Assembly (NCBI GenBank): GCA_023664105.1
Contig: JAMPGF010000001.1
Coordinates: 1-51,155, forward strand
DNA length: 51,155 bases
DNA from: Butyricicoccus sp.
GTDB lineage: Bacteria; Bacillota; Clostridia; Oscillospirales; Oscillospiraceae
Direction: 5' to 3'
Positions within the stretch are counted from its first letter, which is position 1. Every line of letters starts with the position of its first letter. Position numbers and translations under genes: made by a program. The notes under the pieces are model-generated. The model searched no databases and had not been told where the DNA came from. It saw only the letters and a list, made by a program, of their open reading frames with translations. This document shows, in pieces, positions 12,835-21,309 of the stretch.

Positions 12835-13677
12835 ATGTACAAAATTGTCAAAAAGGAGGCGCTCAGGCCCGCGGTCATACTTTACGAGATTGAAGCGCCT
12901 CGCATCGCCAGGAAGGCTCAGCCCGGTCAGTTCATAATCCTTCGCGTGGACGAAAACGGCGAGCGTATCCCCATAACCGTTCATGATACGGACGCTGAGA
13001 AGGGGACCGTCACCATTATCGTGCAGATCGTTGGTTCGACCACGGCCAAGCTCAATCACCTCAAGGAGGGCGATTGCCTCCAGGATTTTGTGGGCCCGCT
13101 GGGACGGCCTACGGAGACCGAGGGAAGGAAAAAGGTCTGCGTTGTCGGCGGCGGTGTCGGCTGCGCGATCGCGTATCCCGTGCTGCGTAAGTTCCACGAA
13201 AGCGGAGCGGAGGTACATGGAGTCATTGGATTCAAGAGCAAGGACTTCGTCATTCTTGAGGATAAGTTCCGCGAATCTTCCTCGCTGCTGAAGGTATGTA
13301 CGGATGACGGCAGCTACGGCGAAAAGGGTCTCGTTACTCAGGCTCTGAAGCAGCTGATAGACGACGGCAACGAGTACGACGAGGTTTTCGCAATCGGCCC
13401 GATGATAATGATGAAGTTTGTCAGCGAAACCACGAGGCCGTACGGCATAAAGACCACGGTGTCGATGAGCCCCATCATGATAGACGGAACCGGCATGTGC
13501 GGCGGCTGCCGTCTCAGCGTCGGCGGCAAGACGAAGTTCGCCTGTGTCGACGGCCCCGACTTCGACGGTCACGAGGTGTCCTGGAACCTGGCTATCGACC
13601 GCAACAAGAGCTATATGGAGTTTGAAAGGCACAGATACGAAGAAACCTGCAGGCTGTTCCAGCAGGAGGAGGGTTAA
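12835..13677 (+). CDS. nfnA: NfnA-type sulfide/dihydroorotate dehydrogenase-like FAD/NAD-binding subunit
   Basis: AGGAGG RBS. The N-terminus MYKIVKKEALRPAVILYEIEAPRIARKAQPGQFIILRVDENGERIP, the Rossmann VCVVGGGVG and the C-terminal cluster motif GTGMCGGCR...FACVDGP are typical of NfnA/GltD-partner proteins. Confidence 0.85.
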   Translation: MYKIVKKEALRPAVILYEIEAPRIARKAQPGQFIILRVDENGERIPITVHDTDAEKGTVTIIVQIVGSTTAKLNHLKEGDCLQDFVGPLGRPTETEGRKKVCVVGGGVGCAIAYPVLRKFHESGAEVHGVIGFKSKDFVILEDKFRESSSLLKVCTDDGSYGEKGLVTQALKQLIDDGNEYDEVFAIGPMIMMKFVSETTRPYGIKTTVSMSPIMIDGTGMCGGCRLSVGGKTKFACVDGPDFDGHEVSWNLAIDRNKSYMEFERHRYEETCRLFQQEEG

Positions 13678-13681
13678 TGAT

Positions 13682-15067
13682 ATGGCCAACATGAGTTTGA
13701 AGAAGAACCCCATGCCCGCGCAGGAGCCTGAGGTTCGCAACAAGAATTATAGCGAGGTGGCTCTCGGCTACACCGAGGAAATGGCCCTTGACGAGGCAAA
13801 GCGCTGCCTTAACTGCAAGAACAGCCCCTGCATCAAGGGCTGTCCGGTACAGATACATATCCCCGAGTTCATCTCCAAGGTCGCGGAGGGCGATTTTGAA
13901 GCGGCGTATCAGATAATCGCGAAAACAAGCTCACTGCCCGCCGTGTGCGGCCGCGTCTGCCCGCAGGAGACCCAGTGCGAGATGCACTGCGTGCGCGGCA
14001 TAAAGGGCGAGGCTGTCGGCATCGGCCGTCTGGAGCGTTTTGTTGCCGACTGGCACAACGCCCACAGCACCGAGAAGGCGGAAAAGCCCGAGCCCAACGG
14101 CCACAAGGTCGCGATAGTCGGCTCCGGCCCCGCGGGACTTACCTGCGCGGGAGACCTGATAAAGAAGGGCTATGACGTGACTGTGTTTGAGGCCCTGCAT
14201 GTCCCCGGCGGCGTGCTGGTGTACGGTATACCCGAGTTCCGTCTGCCGAAGTCCATAGTCAAGAAGGAAGTCGACGGCCTCAAGGCTCTCGGCGTGAAGA
14301 TCGAGACAAACACTGTTGTTGGCAGGACCATCTCCATCGAGGAACTCATGGAGGACGAGGGCTTTGAGGCTGTGTTCATCGGCTCCGGAGCAGGGCTTCC
14401 CATGTTCATGGACATTGAGGGAATAAACAGCCGCGGCGTCTGCTCTGCCAACGAGTTTTTGACCCGCATCAACCTCATGAAGGGCTACCTGCCCGAGTCT
14501 GACACGCCAGTGCAAAAGGTAAAGAACGTCGCGGTCATCGGCGGCGGCAACGTGGCGATGGACGCCGCCCGCTGCGCAAAGCGCCTGGGCGCGAATGTTT
14601 ACATCGTATACCGCCGCGGCATGGATGAGCTTCCCGCACGTAGGGAAGAGGTCGAGCACGCCGAGGAGGAAGGAATAATCTTCAAGACCCTGACCAACCC
14701 GGTCGAGGTGCTTGCCAACGATGACCACGAGGTCACGGCAATACGCTGCATAAAGATGGAGCTTGGCGAGCCCGACTCCTCGGGACGTCCCCGTCCGGTG
14801 CCGGTTCCGGGAAGCGAGTTTGACATTGAGGTCGACACCGTTATCATGTCTCTGGGAACCAGCCCCAACCCGCTTATCAAGGACACCACGGATCATCTGG
14901 AGACAAACCGCAAGGGTGGCATAATCGTCAACGAGGACGGCTTGACCTCGCTGCCGAATATCTACGCAGGCGGCGACGCCGTGACCGGCGCGGCCACGGT
15001 TATCCTCGCCATGGGCGCGGGCAAAACCGCTGCCGCCGCGATTGATAAGTCGCTGAGCGGTAAATAA
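13682..15067 (+). CDS. nfnB: NfnB / NADPH-dependent glutamate synthase homotetrameric-type subunit
   Basis: Start moved to the ATG at 13682 (GGAGGG RBS). Cys clusters are CLNCKNSPCIKGCP and CGRVCPQETQCEMHC. Dinucleotide folds are VAIVGSGPAGLTCA and VAVIGGGNVAMDAA. Confidence 0.9.
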   Translation: MANMSLKKNPMPAQEPEVRNKNYSEVALGYTEEMALDEAKRCLNCKNSPCIKGCPVQIHIPEFISKVAEGDFEAAYQIIAKTSSLPAVCGRVCPQETQCEMHCVRGIKGEAVGIGRLERFVADWHNAHSTEKAEKPEPNGHKVAIVGSGPAGLTCAGDLIKKGYDVTVFEALHVPGGVLVYGIPEFRLPKSIVKKEVDGLKALGVKIETNTVVGRTISIEELMEDEGFEAVFIGSGAGLPMFMDIEGINSRGVCSANEFLTRINLMKGYLPESDTPVQKVKNVAVIGGGNVAMDAARCAKRLGANVYIVYRRGMDELPARREEVEHAEEEGIIFKTLTNPVEVLANDDHEVTAIRCIKMELGEPDSSGRPRPVPVPGSEFDIEVDTVIMSLGTSPNPLIKDTTDHLETNRKGGIIVNEDGLTSLPNIYAGGDAVTGAATVILAMGAGKTAAAAIDKSLSGK

Positions 15068-15077
15068 TTGAAGCTTG

Positions 15078-15110
15078 AAAGAGGCCGTTTCTTTGAAACG
15101 GCCTCTTTTC
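15078..15110. terminator. Bidirectional intrinsic terminator between nfnB and tex
   Basis: AAAGAGGCCGTTTC-TTT-GAAACGGCCTCTTT followed by TC. Confidence 0.75.
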
Positions 15111-15116
15111 GCGTCT

Positions 15117-17276
15117 TTATTTCCCCTTTGCCTGCTTTATGCTCAGGCTTATGCGGCCCTTCTTCGCGTCAGCGTCGAGAATCACGACTTTGACTATGTC
15201 ACCGACGGAGAGTACCTCGTTCGGGTTCCTTATAAACCGGTCGGATATCTGGGAGATGTGCACAAGCCCGTCCTGATGGACACCTATGTCAACAAAGGCG
15301 CCAAAATCAATTACATTGCGCACTGTGCCGGTGAGCAGCATGCCGGGCTTTAGGTCCTTTATCTCCATAATGTCGCCGCTGCGCATTATGGGCGCAGGCA
15401 ATTCTTCGCGCGGATCGCGGCCGGGCTTTGACAGCTCCCGGATAATATCGCGGAGCGTCGGAAGTCCGACCAAGCAGTCAGCAGCCAGCTTTTCAAGGCC
15501 GAGGCTTTCGGCTTTATGGGAAATGTCCGGCAGTCCGGCAGTTGTGACCTGCTCAAGAGAATAGCCGCACTCTTCCAGCAGCTTCTCCGCGGCCTTGTAG
15601 CTCTCGGGGTGGACGCCCGTGTTATCGAGGGGGTATTTGCTCTCAGGAATGCGAAGGAATCCCGCACACTGTTCGTAGGCTTTTGGGCCGAGCTTGGGTA
15701 CATTTAGCAGCTCCTTACGGCTCTTGAATGGGCCGTTTTCTTCGCGGTAGGCGACAATGTTTTTCGCTGTGGTTTTCGTCAGGCCGGAGATATAGCCCAG
15801 CAGAGAGGGGGATGCGGTGTTCAAATCCGCTCCCACGGAGTTTACGCAGTCCTCGACCACCGCTCCGAGGGCCTCGGACAGGCGCGCCTGCGGCATATCG
15901 TGCTGGTACTGCCCTACGCCGATGGCCTTCGGGTCTATTTTCACCAGCTCGGAGAGCGGGTCCTGCAAGCGCCGCGCTATTGAAACAGCCGAGCGCAGAT
16001 TTACGTCGTAGTCGGGAAACTCCTCCGCGGCGAGCTTTGAGGCCGAATACACGGACGCGCCGGACTCGCTGACCACCATGTAGCTGACCTGGGGCATGGT
16101 GCTTATAAGCTCGGCAATGAGCTTTTCGGACTCGCGCGAGGCGGTTCCATTGCCGATGGCGATGTTCTCTATGCCGTATTTGTCTATAAGGCGTGTGAGC
16201 ACGCTCTTTGCCTCGGCAACCTTGTTGTAGGGCTGGGTGGGATATATGACCGCCGTGTCGAGCACCTTGCCTGTACCGTCAACCACGGCAAGCTTGCAGC
16301 CGTTGCGGTAGCCGGGATCGAAGCCGAGAGTGACCTTACCCTTCACCGGGCGCTGCATCAGCAGTGGCTTCAGGTTCAGCGCAAAGCTTCGTATAGCCCC
16401 GTCGCAGGCCGTCTCCGTCAGCGCGTTCCGTACCTCGCGCTCGATGGAGGGATAGAGCAAGCGGGAATAGGAGTCCTCTACGGCCGAGCGGACGAAATCG
16501 CCGTATGGCCGTCCGGCTATGACAAACTGCCGGATGAGCGGCGGCAGGGCGGTCGGCCCGTCAACGTTTATGGAAAACTTCAAATACCCCTCGGCCTCGC
16601 CGCGGTTGAGAGCGAGGACCTGGTGGCCCTGGAGCTTCGATACCGGCTGGGTGAAATCATAATATGTGCTGTAAACGGAGTCTTCCTCCTTGGCGGCCTT
16701 GGAACACGCGCTTCCGGAGCGCATTACGCACCCGCGAAGTGTCTGGCGTGCAGCGGCGCTGTCGGACACTGTTTCGGCGATGATATCCGACGCGCCGGCA
16801 AGCGCGTCCTGAGCCGTTTCCACGCCCTTTTCGGCGTTGATGTATTCCGAGGCAAGCTCGGAGATGTCCGGGGCGTTTTTGTCCTGGCGCAGCAGCAGCT
16901 CAGCCAGAGGCTCGAGCCCCTTTTCCTTCGCGATCGTCGCGCGGGTGCGACGCTTCGGGCGGTAGGGGAGATAAATATCCTCAATTTCAGTGAGCGTTTT
17001 CGCCGCGTCTATTGCTTTGACAAGCTCGTCGGTAAGCTTGTCTTGCGCCTCGATCGCGCCCTTGACCTCCTCGCGCCGCTTTTCCAGCCCGCGCAGATAG
17101 GCAAGGCGCTCCTCCAGCGTTCGCAGCACGCCGTCATCCATTGAGCCGTGCAGCTCCTTGCGGTAGCGGGCTATGAAGGGGATTGTGCTGCCCTCGTCCA
17201 GCAGCTGCGCGACATTTCTTACATGCTCATCGCTCTGTCCGAGCTCCTGGGCCAGAATTTTAATGATGTCCTGCAT
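15117..17276 (-). CDS. tex: Tex-like transcription accessory protein (YhgF) with a C-terminal S1 domain
   Basis: The N-terminus ...VRNVAQLLDEGSTIPFIARYRKE, the YqgF/HhH middle region and the C-terminal S1 domain LLTGTVRNVIDFGAFVDIGVHQDGLVHISQ are all present; 719 aa. Confidence 0.95.
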   Translation of the reverse strand: MQDIIKILAQELGQSDEHVRNVAQLLDEGSTIPFIARYRKELHGSMDDGVLRTLEERLAYLRGLEKRREEVKGAIEAQDKLTDELVKAIDAAKTLTEIEDIYLPYRPKRRTRATIAKEKGLEPLAELLLRQDKNAPDISELASEYINAEKGVETAQDALAGASDIIAETVSDSAAARQTLRGCVMRSGSACSKAAKEEDSVYSTYYDFTQPVSKLQGHQVLALNRGEAEGYLKFSINVDGPTALPPLIRQFVIAGRPYGDFVRSAVEDSYSRLLYPSIEREVRNALTETACDGAIRSFALNLKPLLMQRPVKGKVTLGFDPGYRNGCKLAVVDGTGKVLDTAVIYPTQPYNKVAEAKSVLTRLIDKYGIENIAIGNGTASRESEKLIAELISTMPQVSYMVVSESGASVYSASKLAAEEFPDYDVNLRSAVSIARRLQDPLSELVKIDPKAIGVGQYQHDMPQARLSEALGAVVEDCVNSVGADLNTASPSLLGYISGLTKTTAKNIVAYREENGPFKSRKELLNVPKLGPKAYEQCAGFLRIPESKYPLDNTGVHPESYKAAEKLLEECGYSLEQVTTAGLPDISHKAESLGLEKLAADCLVGLPTLRDIIRELSKPGRDPREELPAPIMRSGDIMEIKDLKPGMLLTGTVRNVIDFGAFVDIGVHQDGLVHISQISDRFIRNPNEVLSVGDIVKVVILDADAKKGRISLSIKQAKGK

Positions 17277-17316
17277 TTGTTTGATCTGTCCTTTGCTTTG
17301 TTTTTTACTCCCGCTA

Positions 17317-17344
17317 ATGAGCCCTGACGAAAGTCAGGGCTCAT
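17317..17344 (-). terminator. Hairpin downstream of the ABC-F gene (no clear U-tract)
   Basis: ATGAGCCCTGAC-GAAA-GTCAGGGCTCAT, 13 nt after the stop at 17357. Confidence 0.4.
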
Positions 17345-17356
17345 CTTATCGCGGTT

Positions 17357-18949
17357 TTATTCTTCCTTATAGATATTCATGTACTCGTCGTAGGTCATCA
17401 TGCGGTCGATAATGCCGTCGGGAGTTATCTCGATTATGCGGTTTGCCACGGTCTGGGTTAGCTCATGGTCGTGGCTGGTGAAGATTATATTGAAGGGGAA
17501 GGCACTCATGCCGTTGTTGAGAGCCTGCACGCTTTCAAGGTCAAGATGGTTTGTCGGCTGGTCGAACAGCAGCACGCTGCGGCCCTCGAGCATCATCTTG
17601 CTGAGCATACAGCGCACCTTTTCACCGCCGGAGAGAACCTTCACGCTCTTGTACACCTCGTCGCCGGAAAAGAGCATGCGGCCAAGAAAGGTGCGAAGGT
17701 AGCTCTCGCGCTTATCCACGGAGAACTGGCGCATCCAGTCAATGAGGTTTTCGTCATGGCCGGCAAAGTAGCTCTCGTGGTCCTTCGGGAAATACGACTG
17801 AGTGGTGGACACACCCCACTTTATAGTGCCCTCATCCGGCTCAAGCTCGCCGGCAAGGAGCTTGAACATGGTTGTGACGGCAATCTCGCTGCTGCCGATG
17901 AGGGCGATTTTGTCCTCCCTGCCCATGATGAAGCTGACGTTGTTGATAAGCTTCACGCCGTCCACTGTCTTGCTCACGCCGTCGACAAAGAGCCTGTCCT
18001 TGCCGGGCTCTCGCTCGGCCTTGAAGCCGACCCAGGGATAGCGGCGCGAGGACGCGGGCAGCTCCTCCACGCTTATCTTTTCCAGCAGCTTGCGGCGGCT
18101 GGTGGCCTGGCGGGACTTGGATTTGTTGGCGGAGAAGCGGGCGATGAAAGCTTGCAGCTCCTCAATCTTCTGCTGGGCCTTCTTGTTCTGATCCTTCATC
18201 AGCTTCTGGATAAGCTGGCTGGACTCGTACCAGAAGTCGTAGTTTCCGACGTACATCTTTATCTTGCCGTAGTCTATATCGACGATGTGGGTGCACACAT
18301 TGTTGAGGAAGTAGCGGTCATGGGAGACAACGAGCACGGTGCCGTCGTAGTCCATGAGAAAATCCTCAAGCCAGACCACGGAGGCAAGGTCAAGGTTGTT
18401 TGTCGGCTCGTCCAGCAAAATGATATCCGGCGCGCCGAAAAGGGCCTGGGCAAGCAGGACCTTGACCTTCATGCGCGGGTCCATGGCGGACATCTGAGTG
18501 TAGTGAAGGTCAACGGGAATGCCGAGTCCCTGGAGTATTTTGGAGGCATCGGACTCGGCCTCCCAGCCGCCGAGCTCGGCGTATTCCTCCTCCAGCTCCG
18601 CGGCGCGAAGACCGTCTTCGTCAGAGAAGTCCTCCTTTTCATATATGGCATCCTTTTCGTTGCCGCACTGGTACAGACGCATGTTGCCCATTATGACGGT
18701 ATCCATGACGCTGTATTCATCGTACATGCTCTGGTTCTGCTTGAGCACGGACATCCTCGCCCTGGGGTCAATGTAAACATGCCCGCTGGTGGACTCCACC
18801 TCGCCGGAGAGTATGCGCAGGAAGGTGGACTTGCCGGCGCCATTTGCCCCGATTATGCCGTAGCAGTTGCCGCGGGTGAATTGCAGGTCCGCCTGGGAAA
18901 AAAGGACCTGGCCGCCGTATTGTAAGCCTAAATTTTCAACAGTTATCAT
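17357..18949 (-). CDS. ABC-F family ATPase (YbiT/EttA-like; two ABC cassettes, no TM domain)
   Basis: Two Walker A / signature sets (GANGAGKST ... LSGGEKVR) are joined by a charged linker (KKAQQKIEELQAFIARF); 530 aa. Confidence 0.9.
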   Translation of the reverse strand: MITVENLGLQYGGQVLFSQADLQFTRGNCYGIIGANGAGKSTFLRILSGEVESTSGHVYIDPRARMSVLKQNQSMYDEYSVMDTVIMGNMRLYQCGNEKDAIYEKEDFSDEDGLRAAELEEEYAELGGWEAESDASKILQGLGIPVDLHYTQMSAMDPRMKVKVLLAQALFGAPDIILLDEPTNNLDLASVVWLEDFLMDYDGTVLVVSHDRYFLNNVCTHIVDIDYGKIKMYVGNYDFWYESSQLIQKLMKDQNKKAQQKIEELQAFIARFSANKSKSRQATSRRKLLEKISVEELPASSRRYPWVGFKAEREPGKDRLFVDGVSKTVDGVKLINNVSFIMGREDKIALIGSSEIAVTTMFKLLAGELEPDEGTIKWGVSTTQSYFPKDHESYFAGHDENLIDWMRQFSVDKRESYLRTFLGRMLFSGDEVYKSVKVLSGGEKVRCMLSKMMLEGRSVLLFDQPTNHLDLESVQALNNGMSAFPFNIIFTSHDHELTQTVANRIIEITPDGIIDRMMTYDEYMNIYKEE

Positions 18950-19091
18950 TTTTAGCTCCTAAAAAACTTAAAATACCTTGTCTGTGAGTCAAATGTGGTA
19001 TAATCATCCGTGTAGACTTATTAAGTATACCATAAAATACCGCGCCATGTACAGTATTTTCAAAAAACTGAGTGAAAAAACAAAAAAGCTA

Positions 19092-19122
19092 TTGACATTC
19101 CACCTTGTGTAACATGTACCAT
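19092..19122 (+). promoter_or_regulatory. MerR-type promoter candidate with a 19-nt spacer and an imperfect dyad
   Basis: TTGACA (19092-19097), 19-nt spacer, TACCAT (19117-19122). An imperfect dyad TGTAACATGTACCA is centred on ACATGT within the spacer. Confidence 0.4.
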
Positions 19123-19152
19123 GTGGCTTGCAAGGGGAGAAGGAGTAAGGCA

Positions 19153-19794
19153 ATGAGGATCAAAGAAGTAGAGGACATCGTCGGAATAACAAAGAAAAAC
19201 ATACGCTTTTATGAGAAAGAAGGGCTGCTCAGCCCGGGAAGGGAGAGCGAAAACGGCTACCGCAATTATGACGAGGCCGATGTATGGCGGCTCAAGCAGA
19301 TAAAGCTGCTCCGGACGCTGAATATGCCGATAAGCGATATCAGGCTGCTTTTCGAGGGGGGACTGTCCCTGTCAGAGGCGGCGCGGCGGCACATTGACGC
19401 GCTCGACAGGCAAAGGCGAAGCATTGAAAAAGCGCGGGTGATGTGCGGAATACTGCTCGAGGAACAGTCAGATATTAATTCTATTGATATCGATTCATAT
19501 CTCTCGGAGATCGACAGGCTTGAAGGGGAGGGGGTGACATTTGTGGATATTCGGAAAAATGACGTAAGGAAAAAATATGTGGAATCTGTGGCGGCATGCG
19601 TCGTGGTCGTTGCCGTTGTGATGCTGCTTCTTACCGGCGTGCTCTATACTAACAAGATTTACCCGACACCAAAGGGGATTTTTTTGACCACTATCGCTGT
19701 GCTGGCAATAGTGGCTATCGGCACCGTGGCATCACTTATATCAAGGATCAGGGAAATTAAAGGAGGAGAAGAAAATGATCTTGGTAAATACTGA
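19153..19794 (+). CDS. MerR-family transcriptional regulator with C-terminal transmembrane helices
   Basis: Start moved to the ATG at 19153 (GGAGAAGGAG RBS). MRIKEVEDIVGITKKNIRFYEKEGLLSPGRESENGYRNYDE is a MerR HTH. The C-terminal hydrophobic segments are AACVVVVAVVMLLLTGVLY and IFLTTIAVLAIVAIGTVASLI. Confidence 0.85.
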   Translation: MRIKEVEDIVGITKKNIRFYEKEGLLSPGRESENGYRNYDEADVWRLKQIKLLRTLNMPISDIRLLFEGGLSLSEAARRHIDALDRQRRSIEKARVMCGILLEEQSDINSIDIDSYLSEIDRLEGEGVTFVDIRKNDVRKKYVESVAACVVVVAVVMLLLTGVLYTNKIYPTPKGIFLTTIAVLAIVAIGTVASLISRIREIKGGEENDLGKY

Positions 19795-20086
19795 TTATAT
19801 CACAGGCAAAAATCTTGAAATGCTCGGCATAGTGAAGGGCAGCACGATACAGTCCTCACACGCCGGCAAGGACATAGGCTCTGCGTTCAAAACCCTCGTC
19901 GGCGGCGAGCTGCACGCCTACAATGATATGATGAACACCGCCCGCGCCCTTGCCACAAAGCGCATGACCGAGGAGGCGGAGGGGCTGGGCGCGGATGCCG
20001 TGGTGAATATCCGCTACGCCTCCGCCTCCGTCATGCAGGGCGCCGCGGAGGTCATGGTGTACGGCACAGCCGTGAAGTTCGTTTGA
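19775..20086 (+). CDS. YbjQ/UPF0145 family protein
   Basis: MILVNTDYITGKNLEMLGIVKG...VVNIRYASASVMQGAAEVMVYGTAVKF is the typical YbjQ_1 pattern. It overlaps the MerR gene by 20 nt. Confidence 0.9.
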   Translation: MILVNTDYITGKNLEMLGIVKGSTIQSSHAGKDIGSAFKTLVGGELHAYNDMMNTARALATKRMTEEAEGLGADAVVNIRYASASVMQGAAEVMVYGTAVKFV

Positions 20087-20105
20087 GGTTTATAAAATAT
20101 GCAGC

Positions 20106-20131
20106 AAAAACGCCCCTTCGGGGGCGTTTTT
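20106..20131 (+). terminator. Intrinsic terminator after ybjQ
   Basis: AAAAACGCCCC-TTCG-GGGGCGTTTTT. Confidence 0.85.
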
Positions 20132-20349
20132 GAGCGTGTCGAAAAAGTGGCAAAGCCACTTTTTCGAGAAGGCTTCGCTCCGCTCTGCGCACTCGCTGTC
20201 CGCCGCTGGCGGACAACTCGCACGCTCGCTACGCGCAAAGTGTTTTTTCCGACGTACACGCCGCCGGAAAAAACGATTAGACTTTTTTCGCGGCGTGCGC
20301 GCCGCGAACTCTACGAGGTTTTTTGCTGTTTTCGGGGGCTTGCGCGAGC

Positions 20350-21153
20350 TTATGGCCGCAGGCCCATGCCGCCCTCGAGGGTGAGGGTTTCGCCGGTGAG
20401 GTACTTGAAGTCGGGGCTGGTCAGCTGGACGCAGACGCGGCCGATCTCGGTCTCGGGGTCGCCGTAGTGGCCCATGGGGGGCATTTTGACGTTGGCCTTG
20501 AAGGCCTCGGGATAGGCGTTCTGGAAGTTCTCCAGCTGGGCGGTCCAGGCGATGGGGCAGATCACGTTCACGTTGATGCCGTCGGGGCCCCACTCGGTGG
20601 CGGCTACACGGCTCAGGCCGCGGATGCCCTCCTTGGCGGCGGCGTAGGCACACTGGCCGTAGTTGCCGAACAGGCCGGCGCCGGAGGCGAAGTTGATGAC
20701 AGAGCCCTTCGTCTCCTTCAGATGGGGATAGCAGGCCTGCATGTAGTAGAACGCGGCGTACAGCCCGGAATAGACGGCCAGGTCGAACTGCTCGGTGGAG
20801 TGGTCGGCCAGGGTCACGCCGGAAGCGGAGGCCTGGGCGTTGTTGATGAGCGCGTCGATGCGGCCGAAGGCCTTGACGGTCCCGTCAATGACGTGCTGTA
20901 CGGTGGCCTTGTTGTCGGTGCCGGAGGCCACGTCGGCCTGGACGGTGAGCACCCTGACGCCGTAGAGCCGCTCGAGCTCATCCTTGGCGCCGTCCAGCTT
21001 TTTGACGTTGCGCCCGGTGATGACGATGTTGGCGCCCTCCTTGGCAAAGGCGGTGGCGATTCCGTAGCCAATGGAGCCGCAGCTTCTGCCGTCGCTCAGG
21101 ACGGCCCGGCCCGCGCCGGTGATGATAACAGTTTTACCAGTCAGATGTCCCAT
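20350..21153 (-). CDS. SDR-family oxidoreductase
   Basis: Start moved to the ATG at 21153 (GGAGG RBS). It has a TGAG...GSIGYGIA glycine motif with an insertion, NNAQ, and the Y..AAK catalytic motif (CAYAAAKEG). Confidence 0.85.
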   Translation of the reverse strand: MGHLTGKTVIITGAGRAVLSDGRSCGSIGYGIATAFAKEGANIVITGRNVKKLDGAKDELERLYGVRVLTVQADVASGTDNKATVQHVIDGTVKAFGRIDALINNAQASASGVTLADHSTEQFDLAVYSGLYAAFYYMQACYPHLKETKGSVINFASGAGLFGNYGQCAYAAAKEGIRGLSRVAATEWGPDGINVNVICPIAWTAQLENFQNAYPEAFKANVKMPPMGHYGDPETEIGRVCVQLTSPDFKYLTGETLTLEGGMGLRP

Positions 21154-21309
21154 GTGAAAATCCTCCGTTCTTTTAAAAATCAGGCACAGGATTTTTGCCT
21201 TTGATATTATACCACAAAAACGGAGCTCATGGTTCAATAAATTTCGTTATTTTGCAATAAATTCGCAAGACTGTAGGAATGCACAAAAATCAGGCGGGCG
21301 GGTGGGCGC

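Noticed and set aside
12790-14896. Minus-strand ORFs 12790-13743 and 13931-14896
   Set aside because: They are antisense to nfnA and nfnB, with no family motifs.
17465-18925. 486-aa plus-strand ORF
   Set aside because: It is antisense to the ABC-F ATPase gene and is an Ala/Gly/Val/Leu/His-rich shadow ORF.
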